From positions 129,270,001-129,334,000 of the forward strand of contig NC_042999.1 in NCBI RefSeq assembly GCF_006345805.1: 64,000 nt of DNA, in the 5' to 3' direction. Within the stretch, counting starts at the first letter, position 1; every line of letters starts with the position of its first letter. Origin of the DNA: Octopus sinensis. Taxonomy: Eukaryota. The translations under genes and the position numbers were made by a program. The notes below the pieces were generated by a model. It saw only the letters and a program-made list of their open reading frames with translations. It had not been told where the DNA came from and did not search any database. Shown here in pieces: positions 14,701 through 25,700 of the stretch.

Positions 14701-15035
14701 CTTCACGGAAGTATGAACCAACCTCCATACCCTCTGTAAGAAGATGAGTTGTGAACTTTATTCTCCTGTCTGTAGTCTTCTATCTACTGCTTTACTCTTT
14801 ATTTTTCTATCTAGTATTTTATTGCTTATAAACTGTGAATTTCCCTGTCTAGATCTTTCATACATACTGGGATAGTCTCTGATGATGGAATACCCAGTGT
14901 ACGGACATGCTAGCCTATCACTTGAGATATGCCAGAAACAGCTGTAAAATTTCAAATTCACCTTACCCTAATTAAATATTCTAAATGACTTGAGATACCT
15001 GTCCTGCCTTGGTTCTTGTTGTCCTTTGTCCTCTA

Positions 15036-15078
<43 letters not shown>

Positions 15079-16624
15079 AAAATGAGAAACAAAGATGTAC
15101 AAGTGTCAGTTCATTACAGCCGTTTCAATCAACTCCTTTAAATGATTAATGAAAACATTACATCATTGCAAAGAAACCATTTTCAACTGGTGACTACATA
15201 GACTTCAAATACAAAGGACAAACCAACAGCTTTATCATATTTGTATCACCAATGGAGCTCAAATATTTACATTGATTCTGCTGGGATATCTTTGGCAGAA
15301 CGAGTTTAGAAAATAATCTACTAGTGTCAAAGCTACTAGACTTTAGAGGTTAGCAGAAGTTACGGGGGGGGGGGATAAATGAGTGTAGTGACCTAGTTAC
15401 CTATACTTTGAAGACAATAGGAGGAATGTAGTCTTCAATCATCCAAAATTAAATCTTTTGGGAGTTGTAGCTGTATTCTAGACAAAGGTGATAAATTAAT
15501 ATTATGACAACCTACTAGACTAAGTACTGGAACCTTATATCCGGCTTTGTCTACAACAAAAGGTAAGGCTTGAGGTGGTAAAAAAGGGGAATGCCTGATG
15601 GGGAAGGGGTGATAGTTGGAAGAAAGAAGGATAAAAACTAATAATACTTATTTTGATTGTCATCTTAAAGGGGAAGGTAATGAAAAACTAAATGTATTAG
15701 AAATTAGGGGTGGAAGATAAGTTCAGAGAATAAGGAAAGGAGCACATTGTAACTTGGCATATTTATAATGTTAAGCAAAATATAATTAAATATATAGATG
15801 AAGGCTAGAAGTTACATTTAAAATTTTGATAAGGTGATACTTTAAGATATAAGAGAAATATTAAGATTTTTCATAAATGTAGTGTAAATTAGATTGATCC
15901 AGCGAGGTGCCCCAATTTAAGTACCTAACTCAACCAAATCTTAATTATATTTTATATATGTTTGTTTGTGTTTGTCACCCTCCCATCACTCGACAACTGG
16001 TGTTGGTTTGTTTACAACCATGTAACTTAGTGATTCAGTGAAAGAGACTGATAGTACTAAACTTCTTAAAAAAAAAAAGAAAAAGTGCTGGGGTCAATTT
16101 GCTTAACTAAAATCTTTCATAGGGGTGTCTCAGTATGGCTACAGTCCAATGGCAGAAACAATTAAAAGAAAAAGATACATCATCTAGACAACATTATGGG
16201 ACTTCTGTGCAAAAGTAGTTCAACAACCCCCTCTTATACACACAGAGGCAACATGAAACAGCATATTTTCCTTCCTTTATGTATGAAATGATGAATAATC
16301 TGTTTTTACAATCATTTAACATGGTTTGGATTTCGTTTTCGGATTTGGTTTGCAAGATTCTTTATATGAGTTCGTGTGTTGAAGCATATTCTGTTTTCAA
16401 AACTATTGAAAAGGTTGCAACACGCAACGAAAATTTTAGGAAAATAAAAATAAGAAAAAAGTGGAAATTTTACCGGTGAGTGTGTTATATTATAAGGCAC
16501 AAAAAGAAAATGACTCTCCCCAGACACAACAGAATATGGTTTGGATTGCTCCACCAAAATTTCAATACTTGCAAGAATGGAAAACAATAACAAGAAGAGA
16601 CTATTATAAAAATAGATTTCACAG

Positions 16625-16630
16625 TTTATT
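16625..16630 (-). promoter_or_regulatory. Candidate polyadenylation signal (AATAAA) for GTF2H2
   Basis: The first AATAAA on the minus strand, about 30 nt after the stop. The region is AT-rich, so it could be chance. Confidence 0.35.
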
Positions 16631-16660
16631 CACTGATATGGATGTTTGCAATGAAATAGA

Positions 16661-16798
16661 TTATGTGAAAGATTCCATTAATCCTATCTGTTGGGTTGAA
16701 CGTGATGAGGAACAGCCAGGACAACAGTGTAAGGTTTCATGAGCGAACAAGTCACAATCTATACAAAAGTTCTGGTCACATTTGGTACAAATATATAT
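16661..16798 (-). CDS. GTF2H2: GTF2H2 last coding exon ([45 protein letters not shown]), C-terminal C1-like/RING-like zinc domain
   Basis: ttttag acceptor; TAA stop at 16663-16661. Confidence 0.96.
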   Translation of the reverse strand: MYICTKCDQNFCIDCDLFAHETLHCCPGCSSSRSTQQIGLMESFT

Positions 16799-19700
16799 CT
16801 AAAAAGGTACAAAAAATAATGTAAATCATACAGTGTACATAAATCACACACACACACCACCCTTCATCTCACTTTACATCCCCTATTCATGCTGGCATGG
16901 ATTAGATGGATCATTATGGTCCAAGTTAGCTCTATTTGGAGTTAATACTCTTGCACAAGAGGCAAAAGACTGTGTTGTCCAAATATACTTCATTTTTGGC
17001 TTGATTTCTATGCTTTCCTGTCGAAACCATTTTATAGAGTACATTCTCTTATGGCACCAATACCAAAAAGTTTGTCAGATCACCAACAAAACTAAAGGAT
17101 CCTCTCAAGATGATACTGTTTCTGCTCATTTGTCAACCACATTACAGAGTGAACTGGGAGTATTTTATCATGGCATTAGTACTAGTAAGATTGCTTGTAC
17201 CTAGTAATATTAAAAAGTCTTTGCTACTCAATGATGTGTTTGTTCACTCAACACAATGTGACAGAAGATGGTCAGGGGAGAGAGGGAGAGAAATGACAGA
17301 AATACCAGCATGGAAGTACTGAAGGGTGGTCTCATGACACTGAACCTTTCTGAGGAGATGATAAAGGACTGAGATATCTGGCACCTTGCTGTACTTGAGA
17401 AGGCCAGTCCTTCATAATAGAAGTGTTAAGGCTGCTCCCACTGATGAAGAGGATTAGCCTGCTAGAGTCCTGTGCCAGTGCCATGTAAAAAGTACTTGCG
17501 CTGGTACCACATAAAAGAGCTTGTGTCACTACCACTATAAAAGCACCCATTATACACTGTAAAGCGGTTGGTGTTAAGAAAGGCATCCAACCATAGAAAC
17601 CAAGCCAAATCGGACTGGAACCTGGTGCAGCTCTGATCAGACCATCCCACACATGCCAGTATGAAAAACGGACATTAAGGGATGATGATGATATATATAT
17701 ATATACACATATATAGTTTTATATTCATTTTCTTCAGCTAGCTTGAATGGACTAGTTTTCCTGTGAAGTTTTACATTTGAAACATTTGTATATTGATAGA
17801 TTATAGCTTGAACGTGACCCCCACCACTGTTAACCACTCATTTGTAAAGTAGGAATGGAATTTCTTGTCACCCAGGCAAACTGAAGTAATCAGACTTATA
17901 TGTTTCCAAACAGAGTCTTCACACAATTGCTCGATGAGTGAGGTATGTTACGTTAGCATACACAAGTATAAGAGAACTGTTTGAATAAATAAGCCTATAT
18001 TTATGTACACTTACACAATGTATATGTAATTGCTCTAGTATGTACATATGAACATTCTAACAGTGTTATTGAATTTCTAGGAATAATTTAGATTTGTTAG
18101 TGATAGGTGACTTATTCTGTGGAATAATAAAATGAGCATCAGTAAGATAAGTGTATGGTAATAATGCTACCAAGCCATTAAGCACCTTCTTTAATAAACA
18201 AATCCACCAACAAATTTATAAATTTTATAATGTGTTAGTTTCAGAGGGAAGGGTAGTAAAACTTCTTTAAGCCTGTCTATTCAATTTCAATTGGTGTATA
18301 TTAGTGGTTGAATGTGTATGGCTCAGTGGTTAGAGCATTGGGCTCATAATCATGAGGTAGTGAATTTGAATCTTGGACAGGCTGTGTGTTGTGTTCTTGA
18401 GCAAGATGCTTTATTTCACATTACTCCAGTTCACTCAGCTGTAGAAATGAGTTATGACATTACTGATGCGAAGCTGCATCGGTCTTTGCTTTTCCCTTGG
18501 ATAACATCAGTGGTGTAGCGAGGGGAGGTTCGTATGCATGGGTGACTGCTGGTCTTCCATAAAACAACCATACCTAGACTTGTACCTTGGTGGGTAACAT
18601 TCTAGGTGCAATCCCATAGTCATTCATGACCAGGGTGGGTGTCTTTATTCTTTTTATATTAGTGGGTGGCAAGAAAACATAAGCTAAAAAGGGGACAGAA
18701 TAAATAGGTAAAGTGTTTGTGAAGGATTTGGAAGGTAAGATCAAATGAAACTGATAAGAGGAGAGGCAAATGTGTTTAGTAGATAATGACAGAGAATTAG
18801 CAAGTTATAAAAAGAAGCTGTTGTGATAGTGGAAGAAAAAAAACAGTGACACAGTGCTTCTTAATAAGAGGTTAATGATAAAAAGTATTAGTGAGTGCAA
18901 GCATGGAATAGAGAAAAGAACACGAACATATTTAAGCAGGTTTACTCACATTTTTTTCTTTCAAAGAAATCTGACAACCATAGCAAAATCTGAAACAAAT
19001 ATTAAAGTAAATGGAAAGTAATAAATGAATTTTAAATCTTAAATATTCCCAAAGAGTAGTTTATATAAAGAAGAAAGCAAGTAGCTGGCAATGGATATGA
19101 AACAACTAAAACTTACAGAAAAGCTGAGAAATGATAGTGAGTAAAAATAAAGATAAAATCCTTTAGAAATGATTCAATCTATACCAACAATAGGAGTAGA
19201 AGCAAATATCTCCCAACAATAATAAGGATATTGATAGACATGATAGGAGAGACTTTTAAAAGGAAATTATATTGAGCAGACTAAATTAACTACATAGAGG
19301 TACCTTTATGAAGTGATATTTACAGGTTATGGTATGTGGATGTCAGACTATACACAGGGAGATTACTGTTCTATATGGTGCAAAAAATGTTAGTGAATAG
19401 TGAAATTTAGATAACTTTCTGTATTTTAATCCATGAACATGGCTGTGAGGTTAAGAAGTTCACTTTGCAACCAGATGGTTTCAGGTTCAGTCTCACTGCA
19501 TGACACCTAGAGCAAATGTCTCCTATTATATCCCTATGCCAATCAAAGCTTTGTAAATGAATCTGGTGGATGGAAACTGAAAAGAAGCTTGTTGTAGATA
19601 TATACGTTTGTGTTTCTTTCTCCTTGTTTATACATCATACTTTCCTCTCCATCTTCCTTGTTATTTCTGGAGAAAGGTCACCATTGTTGTTTTGTAACAG

Positions 19701-22700
19701 TTGTTTCATGCTGACTTTCCTGTTCTTTTCAAGATTTCCTCTTATATTTTTTCCCACTTTCAATGCTTTCTTCAACAGCTATTAACTTTCCCTCAGTAAC
19801 CATTATCTTTTTATTCTTCACATGATGAAGTGGTACTTCATGCAGCTATTTGTTGGCTTGTTTTGAAAATTTGGCATAAAAAAATTTCTTTTGCCATTCC
19901 CAGAATTTTGATTGATGACACTCTGGAAATGTATTTGTTGCTCTTGCTGTTCCCCTGTTTTCTTGTCCAATCTTTCAAATTCTTCAGGGCAAGATGCTTT
20001 GAAGTGATTTTTACTACAGCAAATGTAGCAGCTAGGCCTTGTGCTCTTTATCATTAATCTCATGCCTTGTCTTGGCACCCTCAACTAGCCAGTCCTGGTA
20101 AGGCTGTGTGGTCACTGGCAGTCATTAGAACTTACAAATCCATTTTGACACTGCACTGACCAGATGTTGCCTCTTTTTAACCCTCTTTAAACTTCCTGCC
20201 TAAAATGCAATATAAAGTGATGGTCAACCACATATATACATCAATTCCAGTGTCTCTCATCATCACTCTAGTGTTTTTTAGTCCCCTGTACTGAGACACA
20301 AATGTATGGGTGGAAGCATGTCCAACAATTTCAGCCTGCATTTTGGATGAGTCTTTGGTTTTCAAAGCGCAGCAAACTGTTTTCATTTTCAATTGAGAAG
20401 ATTTCCAAAATTTTAATTTCTGTCATCAGAGTAGATTTAGTCCTGTGCTATATTTTCTAAAGTACAATCTCTGTTGGAAAAAATCATGTAACAAAGAAAC
20501 AATGTTTAATCATACAAAATTCTTTCAAGTATTCTTCTCTGGAACAGTCTTAAGTCTAAAGCATTTGTTTGTTCTGTTTCTCATTTAAGACAGATACTGT
20601 ATGGACAATTTAATATCAAATGTCAGAACAGTCATTATTGTTACTATTGCTATCTTCAAAACTTCCTTTTAGACTATTTAAAATATCTTTATCAATTAAT
20701 TGTTCCCTTTTTTTACTTCCTTTTTTCATTCATGTATTTTGTTGTTTGTGTGTTTTCCTTGTTAGCAGTTGCAAGGTTTTGTCCTATTTTGTGTGTATTT
20801 ATAATTGGTGGCCATATTGAAAGTGAACAAGTCGTGCACTTAAATATGAAAAGATCTATAAAAATAAACTATCATTTTGATAGTAAGCTTTTGTCAGAGC
20901 AATATAATCCTTTTTATCAAGTACTCAAAAGAGAATTTCATTTGTTAATGCTATAAATATCTTAGCTTCAGAGCAAAAGAACACACATGTACACTTTAGA
21001 GCTAATGATAGTAATAATGGTTCAAATTTTGGCAAGGGGAAGTTGATTAGATTGACCTCAGTACATTTTATCGGTCCCAAAAGGATGAGGTGCAAAGCTG
21101 ACCCCAGCAGAATTTGAACTCAGAATGTGAAGACGGATGAAATGCAGCTAAGCATTTCACCTGCCATGCTAATGATTCTGCCAGCTGGCTGCTTTAATGA
21201 TAATAATAATAATAATAACAGTGCGATTTATTGTTGGGTCCTTGGGAACAGTATTAGAAGACACCAAGAGGAATATAAAGGAAATTGGAATAGAGTGCCC
21301 AGTAGAACTGTTACAAAAGGCTTGCCTCCTTGGCACAGCCAGAATTATCAGGAAAGTATTAGATAGCTGAAAAAAACAAATAGCATGGTACTGTAGACTG
21401 TAGGTAGTAAGCCCACTATGCATGCAAGACTTGAGGAGCTCCAAGAAAACCTGTGATAAAGAGATGATAATAATAATAATAATAATAATAAACTTACTGA
21501 GGTTTATCACTGACAGCTTCTGTTGCTACTACTTCCTTAAAATTAGCAAGTGGAAATAAGTGATGGTATGAACGAGCCAAATGAGGGGCTGACACTAATG
21601 TTAAAGCTGAAAATATATATGTTAAAAAAATACCTTAATATATGGTGATATCCTAATTACATTAAAGAAACATATGATTATGATTATAATATGTCATTGT
21701 AAAAACTAATGAGTATCAATTTTCACTTGGTCTGAATTAAGTTTTCACTTGGCACTTTGAAAGAAACAAAAAATTCAAATTATATGAAGATCATCATCAT
21801 CGCAACTATTAACATTTTTTCTGTTTTTCAGAAATTACTTGGATTTCAAAAATTTCCTGAATTTCATGATTAGAAAAAAATCATTCATCTCAGATAAAAT
21901 TTTAATTTGGGATGTCAGGACAATAATAGGAATACGTGCATTGTTAATTAGCATTTAATTTGATTCAGAATTCTGAGAGAAAATTTCACGATTTTAGTAA
22001 AAATCTAAATTATACTGACCACAAGCTTTGCATTCAACAGGAAGTTCACAATATTTACTTCTGCACTGTGGACAAAAATAACCACCACTACTGAAGTTTT
22101 GAGATGCTTTATCATCAAGGTGGCTAAAGGAAGAAAAGAAATATCAAATAATTCACATATATTAACAATCTATATCAAGCTAATATCAAATCTATTTACA
22201 CAGTCACTTAACCAGTTCCAAAAAGAAGCCATATCTCCCACAGATTATATCCTATCACCTTAAAGAAAGAACAAATTAGAGTAATACTTCTAGAGTAATA
22301 CTGCCTTAAAAAATAAATTAATTAAAAAATAAGGAATAATGAAAATAATTGGAATGTCTTTGATCATGTATCTGCTGAATCAGGGCTGACATGTGTTCAA
22401 CAACAGAATTCATACAGAAAAGTATTTAATGTACTAGTAGTATTATACCTTATGCAGTAAAGAATTAAAATTGTAATGTTCGTGTTTTCTATCTCACTTT
22501 TTCAGCTGATTCTTGAAATTTAATTCTTAAGAGCCATATAGCAATTCAATGAAGACAAGCAGTAATTCAGGAATAAATTTGTTGCTCAATTTAACACCAC
22601 TATCTGGCTCTAGGCTGATTTAAGAAGAGCATACACTGTTGTAAGCATTCAGGTCATATCTTTGGTTCACTCTTGGAGACTTTGGAAAGGTGTTATAGGT

Positions 22701-25700
22701 ATTCTCTTTGTTTCTCAGACAAAATCATACCAAAAATAAAATTAATGAAAGAAAATAAATGTATTTAAAAGTTGATGGCTATGAAACTCTTAAAGTCTGT
22801 AGAGAAGGATTAATAGATTTTATGTCTAGAATGTTTTGTGAGATAACGATATCAGATCAAAGATGTGACTAAGACATCATCATTTAACGTCCGTTTTCCA
22901 AGCAGGCATGGGTTGGATGGTCTGACGGGAGCTGGCTAACCAGAAGACTGCACCAGGTTTTACTGTTTGTTTTGGCATGATTTTTATGGCTGGATGCCCT
23001 TCGTAATGCTGACCCACCTTACAGAGTGGACCAAATGCTTTTCATGTGACACCAGCAAAAATGTGGATTTGTTCGCAAATTATGTTGTGAAAATAATGGA
23101 CATGGTACTGCCATCAGCACTATCGAGATTAAAACAAAGGAAAAGAATTAACTCAAGTTTGTAAGAACACACTTTGTGTAGTTGGTAAATGTTTACATAT
23201 CTGGAATGGGTTTCAACACACATTCTAACCAGTATCCCTAAACAAGCTCTTAATTAATAACACAATATAATTCTTGGCCTAATGTCTAGTGGTACTTCTT
23301 GCCACTTTTGTTATTACTACTGCTCCTAATTCCTGCAACTTCCTAAATAGCGGTATACCCTACCCTCATATAAACTCAAGTAGTGCACTCATCATCATCA
23401 TCTCTGGGTTGTCTTATCAATCAAACCTTGCATTAAATAGTAAAATTTATATAAATATACTGAATACACGAGTGTAGCAAGAATTTCAACAGAATGGGGT
23501 TTCTCAGTTATTAAAATGGATCCACCATCTAATTTACGTTTGTGTACCCAAGAAGACATGGGACAAATTTTGAAGGCTGATCTCAAATGTTGAACCTCAT
23601 GGAGATGACAGAGAACTGAGGTATGTGACACATTACTGTACTTGAGAAGACCTGTCCACAACAGAATTAAAATCCTAAAATCAAGGTGCCACATAAAAAG
23701 TGTGGGTATAGGTGCTGGTGCCATGTAAAAAGCACACAGTACACTCTGTAGAGTGGTTGACATTAGGAAGGGCATCCAGCCATAGAAACCAAGCCAAAAC
23801 AGACTATGGAACCTGATGCAGACCCTAACCATACCAGTTCGTGTTGCAGCTATGACCCCCATTGATTTTTGCCAGAGATAATATTTAGGACTACATTATC
23901 CAACATGCTGTCATTCTTTTAAGACCACAGAGCCTGGTGTGAAGACCTGGTTATTTCCAGCAGGTAGAGCCATAATATAAAAGCTCTCTTGATGACTCAA
24001 GATTAAGAAGTGTTGTAAATAGCGAATAGAAATGTAAACTTAAGGTATACTGAAACAAACAAGCTAAATACACTGTTTACTTACCACATACACATTGACG
24101 GTCTGTCTTCTTTATCTTTGTCCATAGACTGTTGATGATGTGGGAAACCTATAGAATAATACAATATAACTGTACAATCTTAATGATACAAAATTGTGTT
24201 TACTTTTTACAATATATAAATAATAGTTTATGTAATCATGTACAGCTATTAGCTTTGTGAGAAAAAAGTCTTCATTTTCATCATCATCATCATCATCATC
24301 GTTTAGCGTCCGTTTTCCATGCTAGCATGGGTTGGACGGTTCTACTGGGGTCTGTGAAGCCAGAAGGCTTCATCAGGCCCAGTCAAATCTGGCAGTGTTT
24401 CAACGGCTGGATGCCCTTCCTAATGCCAACCACTCCGTGAGTGTAGTGGGTGCTTTTTACGTGCCACCCGCACTGGTGCCAGACAGAGCTGGCAAACGGC
24501 CACGAATGGATGGTGCTTTTTATGTGCCACCGGCACGAGGGCCAGGCGAGGCTGGCAACGGACACGAAACGGGGCGGTGCTGGCAACGGTCGCGAAACGG
24601 AAAGTTCTCTTACATGCCACCGGCACTGGTAACACATCTGCAATTTCCATTGATCGATTTCGATTCTAATCCTCACTTGCCTCAACGGGTCTTCACAAGT
24701 AGAGTTTCGACATGCCACCGGCACTGGTAACACATCCGCAATTTTCATTGGTCGATTTCGATTCTGATCCTCACTTGCCTCAACACGTCTTCACAAGTAG
24801 AGTTTTGTGTCCCAAGAAGGGAAGGTATGCATACGTAGGCTGGCTCTATCCCATGTAGAAGGCCACGGGTTATGGACTCACTTGTCCTGCCGGGTCTTCT
24901 CGCGCACAGCACACTTCCAGAGGTCTCGGTCTCTAGTCATTTCCTCAGTGAGACCTAAAGTTCGAAGGTCGTGCTTCACCACCTCGTCCCAGGTTTTCCT
25001 GGGTCTGCCTCTTCCACAGGTTCCCTCAATCGCTAGGGTGTGGCACTTTTTCACACAACTATCTTCATCCATTCTCGCCATATGACCATACCAGCGCAAA
25101 CGTCTCTCTTGCACACCACAACTGATGCTTCTTAGGTCCAGCTTTTCTCTCAAGGTACTTACACTCTGCCGAGTGTGAGTACCGACATTACACATCCATC
25201 GGAGCATACTGGCTTCATTTCTTGCGAGCTTACGCATATCCTCAGCAGTCACGGCCCATGTTTCACTGCCATGTAGCATGGCTGTTCCTACACACGCATC
25301 ATACAGTCTGCCTTTCACTCTGTGCGAGAGGCCTTTTGTCACCAGCAGAGGTAAGAGCTCTCTGAACTTTGCCCAAGCTATTCTTACTCTAGCAGTTACA
25401 CTTTCAGCACACCCGCCCCCGCTGCTGACTTGGTCACCTAGGTAACGGAAACTATCAACTATTTCTAGTTTTTCTCCCTGGAAAGTGACGGAAGTTGGTC
25501 TCAGAGCATTTTCAGTGTTTATTGTTCCTGAGCATCTGCCACATACAAAAACCATCTTCCTAGTTAGCCTTCCTTTGACATTGCTGCACCTCTTATGTGT
25601 CCATAGCTTACACTTGGTGCATCTTATAGAGTTTCTACCTACACCTTTTCTACAGATCGAGCAGGGCCATCTACCTGAAGGCGTTTGTGATTTGTCTACC

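Noticed and set aside
423-14961. Numerous 60-130 aa ORFs in the ORF track across the intergenic region
   Set aside because: Low-complexity, Ile/Tyr/Phe-rich translations of AT-rich DNA, microsatellites or SINEs. Apart from the mariner fragment, none shows motifs or splice support.
14740-15560. Possible degraded R2/R4-like RT remnants
   Set aside because: The motif traces are too decayed to assign without a profile search.
23398-23862. 154-aa minus-strand ORF in GTF2H2 intron 10
   Set aside because: Its N-terminal half is the antisense of an RTE tail, it has no motif, and the GTF2H2 model is complete without it.
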